This document shows positions 1-9,820 of a stretch of 64,000 nucleotides of DNA, piece by piece. Both the position numbers and the translations under genes were made by a program. How positions within the stretch are numbered: the stretch's first letter is position 1; every line of letters begins with the position of its first letter. Source of the stretch: a virus (lineage: Duplodnaviria > Heunggongvirae > Uroviricota > Caudoviricetes); the IMG/VR virus record IMGVR_UViG_3300035670_000017, positions 850 through 64,849 of that record; one strand, given 5' to 3'. Below the pieces are notes generated by a model. That model was not told the DNA's origin. It was given only the letters and a program-made list of their open reading frames with translations, and did not search any database.

Positions 1-594
1 TACTTGAGCCTGTGCCAAGAGTTTATTGAAAGGCCAATCCGCTAGTTTATTAACAGCTTGTTGCCAGTTACCCGCGAAGTCAGCCAGATCAGGAAGAGGA
101 TTAACGATGGTGATGTCGTAATCAGGATACTCAGCCTTAAAGTATTCATCGGCTGTCCAGACGTGATATGTGTTAGCTACTGCACCCTTGGCTGTGAAGC
201 TGACCCAAGCGGGGAGTTGTACTGAAGAAGTTACCTGGAGTTCACCAAAAGACAACTCCTGGATTTGTTCAAACATCTCTGCTTGGACGCTGTTGCGAAA
301 ATCTTCTGGATCTAGGGGCAGCGGATGCGTGGTCGCATAGCGGTAGCATTGATAAAAGACTTCGATAGCCAAAGACGACTCAGCAGTGGTCAGAGTGACA
401 TCTGCGCCAGTGGTGTCATTGGTGCTACTGAAGCTCACTAGTGTGAAGTCGGGTCGGGTAGCACTAAAGTATTCGCCTTTGGTCTTGCTGTAGGTCCTCG
501 ACCATGTAGAGAGTTCACCTACCTTAGCAATAACGCCAGGGGTGTTGTCAATCAAATTGGAGATCGACATAAAGCCCAAGATATTTTTAGCCAC
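1..594 (-). CDS. Virion structural protein, N-terminal part only (runs off the window edge)
   Basis: Not in the ORF track; translated by hand. An AAAGGA SD precedes GTG at 594 and the frame (MAKNILGFMSISNLIDNTPGVIAKVGELSTWSRTYSK...) showed no stop in the ~130 codons I read. The N-terminus resembles the phiKZ-family virion protein that neighbours RNase H. Confidence 0.7.
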   Translation of the reverse strand, partial: MAKNILGFMSISNLIDNTPGVIAKVGELSTWSRTYSKTKGEYFSATRPDFTLVSFSSTNDTTGADVTLTTAESSLAIEVFYQCYRYATTHPLPLDPEDFRNSVQAEMFEQIQELSFGELQVTSSVQLPAWVSFTAKGAVANTYHVWTADEYFKAEYPDYDITIVNPLPDLADFAGNWQQAVNKLADWPFNKLLAQAQV

Positions 595-633
595 AGTCAC
601 ATTCCTTTGTTAAAGTTGAAGAGGTTATTCATT

Positions 634-972
634 ATGGGATTCTTACCAACTATCCTACGAGAAATTCTTTCCGTTCTCAAGCTGGACTCAGAAGTAGAAG
701 TATCTAAGCTGGACAAGCAAAAGATGCTGATACGCAAAGCCTTGACCATCTTGACAGTGACGACTTTAGTCATGATGACTTATCGTCTCATGATCGTCTC
801 TGACGAGTACGCCAAGTACCGCAAGGAACATGAAGAATTGCTCGAAACATGCAAGTCAAAAAATAACCGAGACGGTCCATCAGATAGCGGAACCGGCATA
901 TCCTTAAAGGATAATTGGTTGAAAAGAGGGTCGACCGAAACAACAGAAGTCTGCTTGACTTCTTGGTGTTAA
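634..972 (+). CDS. Hypothetical small membrane protein (one TM segment)
   Basis: ORF 607..972; ATG at 634 follows GAGG; hydrophobic stretch LTILTVTTLVMMTYRLMIV. Confidence 0.55.
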   Translation: MGFLPTILREILSVLKLDSEVEVSKLDKQKMLIRKALTILTVTTLVMMTYRLMIVSDEYAKYRKEHEELLETCKSKNNRDGPSDSGTGISLKDNWLKRGSTETTEVCLTSWC

Positions 973-995
973 AAACAAATAGGGACTTAGAAACA

Positions 996-2525
996 ATGAA
1001 CACTGAAATAGTGCTGGACACAAACAAAAAGTGGATGATGGTTGCATATACTGACGGAGGTTGCCGCCCTAATCCGGGTAGCATCGGTTCTGGTGTCCAT
1101 GCATTCATCGCTGAGGACGTCGAAGACACCAAGATGAAACCCTTGAAAATAACGAAGGATGATATCACTCGATATTTTCTTCCGACAACTCAGGGGTATC
1201 AGTATTGCTCCAAGGATGGAGTGCTTTCGACGTCTTATCAAAAGAAAGGCATGGTAGTCAAACCTTCGTATGTCGTTGAGTTGGCGGAGTCCTTTTCCAA
1301 TGTCTATACGAACAACTATGCTGAGGCTAACGCAGCGCTTAATGCTTTGCGATTAGCGCGGCGATACAATGTGGATTCTGTTCACATCATCGCTGACTCG
1401 GAATATGTACTCAAGGCCATCTCTGTTTTCCGAAGCAAATGGGAAGCAAACGGTTTCATGACCCAACAAGGACTGCCTGTTAAGAATCAGGAAGTTCTCA
1501 AGGCAGTGTTCAAGGAATACGATGCCTGTGTGCATATGGGTGTGATTGTGACTCTGGCTTGGATCAAGGGACACTCTGACCATCCAGGCAATCATGACGC
1601 TGACCAACTGGCAACTATCGGTGTTATTAAATCCCAACAGGGTATGGATGACTCCGGCATCAAGACATACACACACAAGGAATACTGGGAACCCAAGAGA
1701 GATCGACATCCGCTCATGAGCTTGAAACGGATGTACTTCAATCGCCACGCCGAGCGCAATAGGCCCGGTGTGTACTATATGGGTGATCCTGGTAAAGACG
1801 ACGCACTGATCGGCAAGCCATTGCCTGAAACAGTCTACGCCGTCGTTAAACTGAAAGAACCTGACCCGATCGTTGAATCGGTTCTCAAAGCCCAAGGTCG
1901 ATACGAGCAAGAGTTCAATGTAACAATGATGATGAAGATGGAATCAGTCTTTCAGCCTGACGCCTTCAGAATGATCAGTGCCCATAAGGAACACTGTATG
2001 CTCAAGGACTTGAAGAGTTCAGGGGTTGTTCTGCCAGATGGCCGTCCGATGACCATTGAGCGCAACCCTATCGGCATCACTATGCGTGCCGTAGACGCTT
2101 TGAATGCACTAGAGAGCATCTTGGACAGCTACGAAGTAAACACAGGTATCTCTGATCTCGGAGATCCCGCTAAGCATCTGGAATTCACCATCAATGATGT
2201 CACTGAACACTTCTATGATATCGTCACCAAAGGCGATACAACAAAGAAGGTATTCAAGAAAGATATCGTTGTTGGACAAAAGGTTTTGGACGTAACTCTT
2301 AAGTTTGGTGATATCGAAAGAAAGCTTCCCCTACGACTGGGTCTGGACATCATGGACCGCAATGGCTTGAAACAACTGGAAACAAGTGATCCCGTGTTAC
2401 ATGTCATCACTTGGAGAGAATCTTCGGTTTCCCTCCGATACGCGAGTGTGCTCCTTTGTGATGAAGGACATGCTATTTGGTCCAACTTCTACGCAGATCG
2501 AATCATGCTTCCCAAAGCTGAGTAA
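996..2525 (+). CDS. rnh: Ribonuclease H (RNase HI domain plus phiKZ-type C-terminal extension)
   Basis: Catalytic motifs AYTDGG, TNNYAE, IIADSEYV and WIKGHSDHPGNHDADQLA; about 510 aa, like phiKZ gp155. Start moved to ATG 996. Confidence 0.92.
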   Translation: MNTEIVLDTNKKWMMVAYTDGGCRPNPGSIGSGVHAFIAEDVEDTKMKPLKITKDDITRYFLPTTQGYQYCSKDGVLSTSYQKKGMVVKPSYVVELAESFSNVYTNNYAEANAALNALRLARRYNVDSVHIIADSEYVLKAISVFRSKWEANGFMTQQGLPVKNQEVLKAVFKEYDACVHMGVIVTLAWIKGHSDHPGNHDADQLATIGVIKSQQGMDDSGIKTYTHKEYWEPKRDRHPLMSLKRMYFNRHAERNRPGVYYMGDPGKDDALIGKPLPETVYAVVKLKEPDPIVESVLKAQGRYEQEFNVTMMMKMESVFQPDAFRMISAHKEHCMLKDLKSSGVVLPDGRPMTIERNPIGITMRAVDALNALESILDSYEVNTGISDLGDPAKHLEFTINDVTEHFYDIVTKGDTTKKVFKKDIVVGQKVLDVTLKFGDIERKLPLRLGLDIMDRNGLKQLETSDPVLHVITWRESSVSLRYASVLLCDEGHAIWSNFYADRIMLPKAE

Positions 2526-2546
2526 GATCTCAGAAAATGATAGGTT

Positions 2547-2993
2547 ATGCAGCAAACTCTTAACCCCACAGGAGTTAATTCGCTCACGTTACCCAAACTG
2601 CTAATTTCGATGCTGGGCTCAAGACTCAGTGAGCATCTCAAGAGAATCATATTTGTTTTTAGCGTGTACGCTGTTATTGATAAACGCAAGGGCTCTAACC
2701 AAGCCATCATCTGTGACATTAATAACACGCTCAAGCTAGCTAAGAATGCAGACATCTGCGTGACTAGCGCGAAAGCACATAATGATATCTGGGCGCACAC
2801 GAGTATGGGCGGGTCCACTTATAGTGAACTACCAGTGTTGAAAGCTTCCACCTCCCGAGTGGAGCGGGACATGATTGCGCAGTACTATTTGCGCAATTGC
2901 CCGGACTGGTTGCGATATGGAGACGGAGATGGCTGTGACATGCGACGCGACCTTCAACGATTGTTCAGCGCCATTGTCACCAAGGACGCATAA
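2547..2993 (+). CDS. Hypothetical protein
   Basis: 148-aa ORF directly after RNase H and before a bidirectional hairpin. Confidence 0.55.
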   Translation: MQQTLNPTGVNSLTLPKLLISMLGSRLSEHLKRIIFVFSVYAVIDKRKGSNQAIICDINNTLKLAKNADICVTSAKAHNDIWAHTSMGGSTYSELPVLKASTSRVERDMIAQYYLRNCPDWLRYGDGDGCDMRRDLQRLFSAIVTKDA

Positions 2994-3016
2994 GACCACT
3001 GACGACAGACATACAC

Positions 3017-3050
3017 CATAGACTCTTGGCTCTTCAGCCAAGAGTCTATG
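3017..3050. terminator. Bidirectional hairpin terminator
   Basis: Perfect 15-bp stem CATAGACTCTTGGCT/AGCCAAGAGTCTATG with a CTTC loop, between convergent genes. Confidence 0.8.
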
Positions 3051-3060
3051 AGTGTTATGT

Positions 3061-3921
3061 TTAAGCACGCATTTGCTTAGAGGCCATTTCGGACATGATG
3101 GAAGTTGCAGCGATAGCTTCCATGATACGGTAGCGCAGAACGCCAACGAATTCCACGTAGCGAGCAGCCACCATAGCTCCTTCAGCAATGGCTGTGGCGG
3201 AAGGACCAGATACCTCAGGCATCTTGTCGTCTTCACTGGACTCAACAATCAAATCCAGCAACTGAGAGATACGTTCAGTCAGACCCAGAATGTTCTTGGT
3301 GTCCAGAGCCAAACGCTGGCGATTGAGATCCTTCGCCAACTTCACTGCAACTTTGATGTCAGCAGAGCGATCGAATAAAGTGTCAGCTTGACGTAGTGCC
3401 GTAGTGCTTTTAGGGTCAAAGAAAGAAGCCAGTCCATCTTTCATGTCTTCCAGGGATTGTTGAAGTTTAGCGTACATCTTGGCCGAGTCTTTTTGGCTCA
3501 GCTTAGCGTCTTTGCTAGAGATGAAGATACTCAGTTCTGTGTAGTAAGCTTCCAGGAGAGCAGAAGCGCCATTGATAAAGCCTGTGCCATCTTTGATCAG
3601 CCACTCCAGATAGGGGACGTATTTGTCCTTGAAGCCTTCTGGAGTTTGCAGTAGCACATGACCATACTTAGTGAACTTGATATCCCCATCGGAGCTGTTA
3701 GCAGCGGCATCGAGCTGGCGAGCGGCTTTATTGATATCGAAATCCACCTTGTCACGCGTCTTGACTTCCAGAATCACATCCTGGATGTATTCCTTGACAG
3801 CGGGGATGGTGTTGCGAAAGATGTTGATCACATTGGCGGTGTTGTAAGACTCCACCGTCAGACGCAAAACGGCGCCAGTTGCAGTGCCGTGCGAGGAGAT
3901 TGTCTTGTCGTTCAGTTGCAT
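3061..3921 (-). CDS. Hypothetical, probably internal head/virion protein
   Basis: Helical ORF. ATG 3921 is the likely start. LTVES near the N-terminus resembles a prohead-protease site. Confidence 0.6.
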   Translation of the reverse strand: MQLNDKTISSHGTATGAVLRLTVESYNTANVINIFRNTIPAVKEYIQDVILEVKTRDKVDFDINKAARQLDAAANSSDGDIKFTKYGHVLLQTPEGFKDKYVPYLEWLIKDGTGFINGASALLEAYYTELSIFISSKDAKLSQKDSAKMYAKLQQSLEDMKDGLASFFDPKSTTALRQADTLFDRSADIKVAVKLAKDLNRQRLALDTKNILGLTERISQLLDLIVESSEDDKMPEVSGPSATAIAEGAMVAARYVEFVGVLRYRIMEAIAATSIMSEMASKQMRA

Positions 3922-4084
3922 GGTAATTGATGACCTTTGTCGATTTATTGATTCGAAATGTCCGAATATTTCCCAGACCACCAAGGCCATATGGAAAGTT
4001 TAGTACGTGACGCCATAGTATGAGTTCAGAGCATGCCGTCTAGTTTTGGACAGATAACAAATAACGTAAGTGAGGAATTTTCGT

Positions 4085-5566
4085 ATGTTTCAAAGAAAAG
4101 CGCTTCCTGTCAAATCGAATATGCCTACATCCGCAGCAGCATTGATTATGCTCAACATCGGTGCCGGTTTGGATATTCCTACTGGTTCCTTCCTACCCGG
4201 CAAACACGGTGAGTTCATGCTCAATGGTGGTCTGGGTATTGTCTGGGGTGTGACAGGTAAGGGCAATAACTTCAAGACAACGATTCTTGAATGGGCCATG
4301 GGTCGCGCAGCGGCGCGATACTCCTATGACATGGAGACGGATATCACAACGTACGACACGGAGATGAACAAAGACTCCAATCGTATCTTGCGCCTGCTGC
4401 AGCGCAATCCTGAATTCGCTGAGCGCAATCCTTTCGAAGAAGGTATCTACACCATCACTGGCAAGTCCGAGATGTATGGTGACAAGTGGTTTGAAGGTCT
4501 GAAGGAATTCTTGCTGGAAAAGGAAAAGAACGCCAAGGCTCTGATGCAGCCTACGCCTTTCTTGTCTGTGGACAAACGCTCCTTAATCGAGATCATGCAG
4601 CCTACGTTCAGCTTGATCGATTCCTTCTCCGAATTCGAGACATCTGACATCGCCAAGATCTTGGATGATAACCTTCTGGGTGAAGCTGGCGGCAACACGG
4701 TATACATGCGCCAGAACTTGGCCAAGAACCGTCTTTTGATGGAATATCCACGTCTAGGCGTTGGTAATCAACACTATCTTCTGAATTCTGCTCACTTCGG
4801 TAAAGAGCTGCAAATGGCCAGCGGTCCATATGCACCTCCTCCTGAAAAGAAGATGAACTCGATGCGTCCTGGTGACAAGGTCAAGGGCGTACCAGATAAA
4901 TACTTCTATCTTGTGCATTGGCTGGGTCATGCATCCGGTTCTACTGTGCTCAAGAACAAAGACAACGTGGTAGACTATCCCCGTGACACTGATGACAAGC
5001 GCGTCGGTGACACTGATCTATGGGAAGTTCCAGTGAACACACTGCGCTCCAAGTCGGGCTCGTCCAGCTGGAGCACTACACTGGTGGTGTCTCAGACAGA
5101 AGGCGTTCTGCCATCTCTGACTGAATTCCATATGCTGCGCAAATCTCGCTTTGCCCTGGTCGGTAATGATCAGAACTACGTTAACTGCTTCTTGCCTGAT
5201 GAGAAGCTCTCGCGTTCTGTGATTCGCCGTAAACTGGATGCTTCGGCACAGCTGCGCCGCGCTACCAATATCGCATCTGAGTTGTATCAGATGACATTGT
5301 ACCATAATGTGATCGAACGTGACATCCTCATGGATGGTCCCGAGTTGTTCGCGAAGATCAAAGAGCAGGGTTATAATTGGGAGATGATCCTCAACCGCAC
5401 ACGCGGCTGGTGGAAGACTTACAATGAGAACCATCCTTTGCTGCCTCTGTCGACCAAGGACTTGCTCAACATGGCCAAGGGTCGCTACCATCCTTTCTGG
5501 CTGGAGGCTGACAAGCAAACCATCAAAAAGGAATTCGATAATCCTACAGGTTATCAATTCTACTAA
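4085..5566 (+). CDS. uvsX: UvsX/RecA-like recombinase (phiKZ gp152-like)
   Basis: Variant Walker A GKGNNFKTT, Walker B LIDSFSEF, N-terminal GLDIPTG..LNGG; GAGGA SD before ATG 4085. Confidence 0.88.
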   Translation: MFQRKALPVKSNMPTSAAALIMLNIGAGLDIPTGSFLPGKHGEFMLNGGLGIVWGVTGKGNNFKTTILEWAMGRAAARYSYDMETDITTYDTEMNKDSNRILRLLQRNPEFAERNPFEEGIYTITGKSEMYGDKWFEGLKEFLLEKEKNAKALMQPTPFLSVDKRSLIEIMQPTFSLIDSFSEFETSDIAKILDDNLLGEAGGNTVYMRQNLAKNRLLMEYPRLGVGNQHYLLNSAHFGKELQMASGPYAPPPEKKMNSMRPGDKVKGVPDKYFYLVHWLGHASGSTVLKNKDNVVDYPRDTDDKRVGDTDLWEVPVNTLRSKSGSSSWSTTLVVSQTEGVLPSLTEFHMLRKSRFALVGNDQNYVNCFLPDEKLSRSVIRRKLDASAQLRRATNIASELYQMTLYHNVIERDILMDGPELFAKIKEQGYNWEMILNRTRGWWKTYNENHPLLPLSTKDLLNMAKGRYHPFWLEADKQTIKKEFDNPTGYQFY

Positions 5567-5591
5567 GAAGTAATTAGCTTCAAAACCAAAA

Positions 5592-5619
5592 CCATCTCTT
5601 GCTTCATAGCAAGAGATGG
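5592..5619 (+). terminator. Hairpin terminator
   Basis: 12-bp perfect stem CCATCTCTTGCT/AGCAAGAGATGG after uvsX. Confidence 0.7.
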
Positions 5620-5660
5620 ACTTTCCATTAACAACACTTTCTTTTTAAACGGAGACTATC

Positions 5661-6056
5661 ATGTCCGAAGTTCAAACCCAAGCCGACGCTATCCGCTCGG
5701 AAATCCCCGCCAATCCCTTCGAAGCTGGTATGCGTCTGTATGAGACTCCTCGCAGCGAAGAAGACCGCGACCTGGTTCCTGAGGTGCGTCAGATCCTAGG
5801 TGAAGCCGGTATCACTGAACAATCCCTGACAAGCTACTACGACGCCAATCGTTTCGTGCAGGGTGCCGTCGGTCGAGTGCCACTGGTGCAACGTACCCAA
5901 CTGAACCGCTTCTTCTCGATGGCTATCCAGATCTCTCCTGAAAACACCACAGCCTTGCGTTCGGAGCTGATCCCTCAAGGTCCCACTGACCAATGGGTTG
6001 ATCTGATCCGCAACAAGGTCGCTCCCTTCCTGGTCGAAAAGAAGCTGATGGAGTAA
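5661..6056 (+). CDS. Hypothetical protein upstream of vRNAP betaC
   Basis: 131 aa, GGAG SD, phage-like codon usage. Confidence 0.75.
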   Translation: MSEVQTQADAIRSEIPANPFEAGMRLYETPRSEEDRDLVPEVRQILGEAGITEQSLTSYYDANRFVQGAVGRVPLVQRTQLNRFFSMAIQISPENTTALRSELIPQGPTDQWVDLIRNKVAPFLVEKKLME

Positions 6057-6059
6057 GAC

Positions 6060-6731
6060 ATGGGTAATCGCAGAGCTTATGAACAATTGGTTTTGCAGAC
6101 TATCGATAAATTAACTGAGCACAAAGAGAACGTCCAGTTCTATAAAGATAAGTTCGCTAGCTTGAAGACAGATGCTGAATTCGAGCAATTCGTGAACTCC
6201 ATCAGGGATGGCGAAATCTCTTTGACGATCGTTGAGCCTAACTTCTCCAAAAAGCCTGTCAAGTCCACTAAGGAAATCATTGACATCGCTGAGTCGCTAG
6301 GTGTTAAGATCATGCAAAAGCTCTATGTCGAAGGTAAGAAGGGGATGCCGACTTACCAGACAGAGGTGGAGTTCCCGGTAATCCCGGTTTATATTCGCCG
6401 AGCTTCTCAGTTACTCTCTAAGAAGATCTCAGTGCCTCCGCATACCCGAGTGCGTGACCTATTGACTGGTCAAGTGACTGGGGAGTCCAAGGGAGCTACT
6501 GTGTCTGGTCCTGAAAACCAATTACTCGGTGGCATGGGGGCATTGTCCTCGGCTATTGAGATGAACAAGTTTCGGGGCGGTGACTTACGTGGCGAAGCCG
6601 CATTGGTAGCCATGCTATCGAAATACGGACGAGCCTCGCAGTCGGTCCTTGATCAATTCGCATCCGGAGTTCAAGCTGCCTCCGCTGTGAAGACTTTCCT
6701 AACAGCAGCGATGCATCGGACAAACCTATGA
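6060..6731 (+). CDS. Virion RNA polymerase beta C-terminal subunit (phiKZ gp149-like)
   Basis: Motifs RRASQLLSKKISV, LTGQVTGESKG and KFRGGD match the split beta C-terminal subunit; size (223 aa) and position near uvsX agree. Confidence 0.85.
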   Translation: MGNRRAYEQLVLQTIDKLTEHKENVQFYKDKFASLKTDAEFEQFVNSIRDGEISLTIVEPNFSKKPVKSTKEIIDIAESLGVKIMQKLYVEGKKGMPTYQTEVEFPVIPVYIRRASQLLSKKISVPPHTRVRDLLTGQVTGESKGATVSGPENQLLGGMGALSSAIEMNKFRGGDLRGEAALVAMLSKYGRASQSVLDQFASGVQAASAVKTFLTAAMHRTNL

Positions 6732-7504
6732 TAGCCGCACCTGAGCACGGACAACAGCTAGCATGTATGCTAGTGGAGCTAGATACGATTTACGACACTC
6801 GCGCTGGCACTCTTGCCAGAATGGGCAAGGACGTCTATGTCAAAGCTATTGCTCAGGGCTACTTCGGTCGAACAAGTGATCATTTTCCAGATGTAAATAG
6901 TGCGGAGTTTCAAAAACTTTACAGAGAGCGTGACGCAGTCACGCTCTCTCGCTCTATGACCACGCAAATCATTTCTTTGATCAAAGATTTCGTAGCCCGA
7001 GTGAACGTAACGTCGCTGTCTGCTCCTGTCAAGAAAGTTCCCAGAATAGATATCAACATCTATCCGTATGAGATCCCGGAGCCGATCATTGATAACATCG
7101 TCAAGGCTCTTAAGGCCGTGATCAATGACCGAGTGGAAGTGGGTTGGGTGAGATACTCTCCGGAGGACTTACACTATGACCTACTGAAGCACACCTACGA
7201 TCACGCCATCATGTACTCGATTGGACCATTGATCGAAGCACAGGCTCAGGATTGGGAAAAGCGCAATCGCGGTATTCCTGACCTGACAATCTTTACTCCC
7301 GTTCTATGTCATGCTCCTGATAAGGAGGATGTTCCTGAGGACATCACCGCTATGGCTTCGGAAGTTGAGAGATCTTTGGCCCCTGTTTTGAATGTGATGC
7401 AAATTCCCGTTCAGTTTTTCTGTACTGTTTTGGATCCACGCATGTTAGCAGTCTCCAGTGCACCCGAAGGTGCACCGGAGAAAGCATCGGATCAATCTTC
7501 TTGA
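6728..7504 (+). CDS. Conserved hypothetical protein of phiKZ-like phages
   Basis: 258 aa; 4-nt ATGA overlap with betaC; N-terminal LVELDTIYDTRAG. Confidence 0.75.
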   Translation: MIAAPEHGQQLACMLVELDTIYDTRAGTLARMGKDVYVKAIAQGYFGRTSDHFPDVNSAEFQKLYRERDAVTLSRSMTTQIISLIKDFVARVNVTSLSAPVKKVPRIDINIYPYEIPEPIIDNIVKALKAVINDRVEVGWVRYSPEDLHYDLLKHTYDHAIMYSIGPLIEAQAQDWEKRNRGIPDLTIFTPVLCHAPDKEDVPEDITAMASEVERSLAPVLNVMQIPVQFFCTVLDPRMLAVSSAPEGAPEKASDQSS

Positions 7505-7941
7505 TTGTTTTGAGCAGCGCGAGACAAAGCGGTTGTATTAATAGGAAGGGTTCCGCGGTCCATGTGACCGGGTACAACAGTGGGCTCCAGCTTAGGGACC
7601 ACGCGTTCAGCAACAAGCGATTCACGGTTAGCAGTTGAGCGATGGCTTTGAGCCATACGCACAGCTTCCACCAAGTTTTGAACTTGCTGGGCTTGGCTGA
7701 CCACGGCTTCCTTGTCGAGCTTGAGTTTCTTGCTCGCCAAAGCACTGCGCGTGGCTCCGTCCATCAGGCTGAGCAAAAATGCCCGGTCATCTTTATCCCC
7801 GGGAGCCTTTCCATCTTTGACAAGGTCAGAAATGAATTTCTCTCTCAGCGTATTCATCGACGCTATGATGCGATCGTTGTCATCTAGCTTCGGTGCGTCT
7901 TGGTCTTCTGTGTCGGTAATCAAGCTTTGGTTCTCAGACAT
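7492..7941 (-). CDS. Hypothetical protein
   Basis: 149 aa with AAGGA SD; convergent 13-nt overlap with the previous gene. Confidence 0.75.
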   Translation of the reverse strand: MSENQSLITDTEDQDAPKLDDNDRIIASMNTLREKFISDLVKDGKAPGDKDDRAFLLSLMDGATRSALASKKLKLDKEAVVSQAQQVQNLVEAVRMAQSHRSTANRESLVAERVVPKLEPTVVPGHMDRGTLPINTTALSRAAQNNQED

Positions 7942-7961
7942 AGTGGTTCCTTATAAAACCC

Positions 7962-7996
7962 TTTTGAAAAATATATGTTTCCATATACTTAACATG
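7962..7996 (+). promoter_or_regulatory. Early-type promoter, copy 1
   Basis: TTTTGA-N16-TATACT-TAAC-ATG; one mismatch in the upstream hexamer. Confidence 0.7.
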
Positions 7997-8503
7997 AAGG
8001 ACCCCTTCAAGAAAATTGAAAAGGAGAAAATTTATGAAGTAAAAGTTAATCTACCCATTTATGACAAAGTATTGGAAGCTATCGATAAGATCGATCTCGA
8101 CCGGCTTTTGCCTAGGCGTCCACTGGATACATCGGTTTCTCCGGTGTTTACCTATGGAGACACGTATTGGCGACATCAGAACTACATGGACGTCCTAATT
8201 AACTTGATCAAAAATGATCACACGTTAAAGGCCAGACAGATCATGAGTGACCGTCGCTTGTACACCTATGCAACATTCTTCGTAGCTCCTGACAATTGCT
8301 ATGAGGATCCAAGAACTGTCATACGCATGTTGCTAGCGCAATTCGAAATACTGGCGAACCTCGCACAGGAGATTGATTGCCGACAACACAAAACAGTGAC
8401 GACTAAACACAACCTCAAGCTCTTGCAAGATTACATACTTGCTGACGCGCTTACGTTTTTGGAGAGTATCCTCCGTGAGCCCAACGACTTACCCGTTCAT
8501 TAA
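7994..8503 (+). CDS. Hypothetical protein, possibly leaderless
   Basis: 3-prime part of ORF 7712..8503 (MKDPFKKIEK...); the ATG coincides with the promoter's WTG. Confidence 0.65.
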   Translation: MKDPFKKIEKEKIYEVKVNLPIYDKVLEAIDKIDLDRLLPRRPLDTSVSPVFTYGDTYWRHQNYMDVLINLIKNDHTLKARQIMSDRRLYTYATFFVAPDNCYEDPRTVIRMLLAQFEILANLAQEIDCRQHKTVTTKHNLKLLQDYILADALTFLESILREPNDLPVH

Positions 8504-9227
8504 GTCAGGCACAGCTGATGCTGTCTTGGCTGGAATATGGAGAAAGATCTGTTATGACTTGGATATTGATGACGCCCGGTTAGACGACCTGATCATGGGC
8601 TATACCAAGAAAATGACGTATAACGACCCTCAGAAAAGAGCCCAGGACTACGGTAACTGGTCTTCCGATCTGAAGCAAGGTCAAATGACTTGGACTACGT
8701 TCTTGCGTGGCCCTCGTTGCTTGAACGTCAAGCGCATGTCGATGGAATTCCGTCTTCATCATTTTCGGTATACCTCAGTGCATACTCTTGTGAAAGAGTA
8801 CCCGGAGCCTGATGTCCCTACAGAGGACGCAGAGACTTCGGAGACCGTGACAGAGTTGTCTCGGTTCTTGATGCAAATCATGCATGAGCTTGGAGTCACC
8901 ATCTCTAAGATCAGTGAGTTGCTCAACGTGTTTGTCCGCAGGCAAACTCGTCTAGGTGGCGCTAAGCCATTTCTGAAAGGCAATGTCAAGAAAGAGTTTT
9001 TCCACCCTCGACTGTCTTGGGCAAGTTTCATACGTGCTCTGGACTTCTTGACCATCCCGTCTTTTGATCTGAAGATCACACTGGAGTTCTATGGTAGGCG
9101 AAAGAAAGTAACCCATCATCGAATGTCGATTGTCATCAACACCATTGAAGACCTTTTGGCCTTCATGGATGAAAGTGAGTTCCTAATCCCAAATGTCACT
9201 ATTTCTACAACCGAAGATAAGCTTTGA
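8475..9227 (+). CDS. Conserved phiKZ-like hypothetical protein with an internal two-domain repeat
   Basis: ORF 8439..9227; GGAG SD before GTG 8475; two copies of GN...[MT/LS]W..F[LI]R..L. Confidence 0.7.
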   Translation: MSPTTYPFIKSGTADAVLAGIWRKICYDLDIDDARLDDLIMGYTKKMTYNDPQKRAQDYGNWSSDLKQGQMTWTTFLRGPRCLNVKRMSMEFRLHHFRYTSVHTLVKEYPEPDVPTEDAETSETVTELSRFLMQIMHELGVTISKISELLNVFVRRQTRLGGAKPFLKGNVKKEFFHPRLSWASFIRALDFLTIPSFDLKITLEFYGRRKKVTHHRMSIVINTIEDLLAFMDESEFLIPNVTISTTEDKL

Positions 9228-9789
9228 CGATCTGTGCCGAAAACTCCATTCGTTGATTGAAAATGAATACGCCATGGAGTTCATCTTTGCAGGAAACGAA
9301 ACAGCTAGTAACTGGAGAACCCAGGCCACAAAACTGATGACTTTGTGGGGGAACATCTCTCCCGGTGATATGCTCTCTGACGTAGCCCGGAGCAAGATTG
9401 TTTCTGACTACATCAATGACCGCGAGTTTCAAGAACGCTGGTACTCCATCGGGGTACGTATGGCTAATTGGATTGAAGCGTCGACTGACATCAAACTGCA
9501 TTCACTGTGCGATTTCATCAAAGGTCAATTGACTCTGCCAATACATCAGACAGTCCCCGGAGGTACACTGCCAGTACAAATGCTCTCTCCGCGAGTTGAA
9601 GCAGGCTTACTGGATGCCAACTGGCTGCGCTCCGAAGAGATGTTCTGGTATGTTTGCCTGATCATGGCTCGAATGAGTCTTGAGCACAGTAAGCTGATGA
9701 CTGTGTTTGTGGAGCAATCCCAACAGCCTCAGACGAAAAGCGCTATTCGGCGCGAAGCAAAGCTGAAACCAGCTGAACAAAATAACTGA
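9193..9789 (+). CDS. Hypothetical protein
   Basis: 198-aa ORF overlapping the end of the previous gene. Confidence 0.7.
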   Translation: MSLFLQPKISFDDLCRKLHSLIENEYAMEFIFAGNETASNWRTQATKLMTLWGNISPGDMLSDVARSKIVSDYINDREFQERWYSIGVRMANWIEASTDIKLHSLCDFIKGQLTLPIHQTVPGGTLPVQMLSPRVEAGLLDANWLRSEEMFWYVCLIMARMSLEHSKLMTVFVEQSQQPQTKSAIRREAKLKPAEQNN

Positions 9790-9820
9790 CCCTTCACTAC
9801 CTTAAGACTGGAAAAACATC

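Noticed and set aside
915-995. ORF-track 5-prime extensions (also 7712-7993, 34376-34540, 47011-47052, 61114-61140, 62193-62333)
   Set aside because: They overlap upstream genes or promoters; better SD-supported starts lie downstream.
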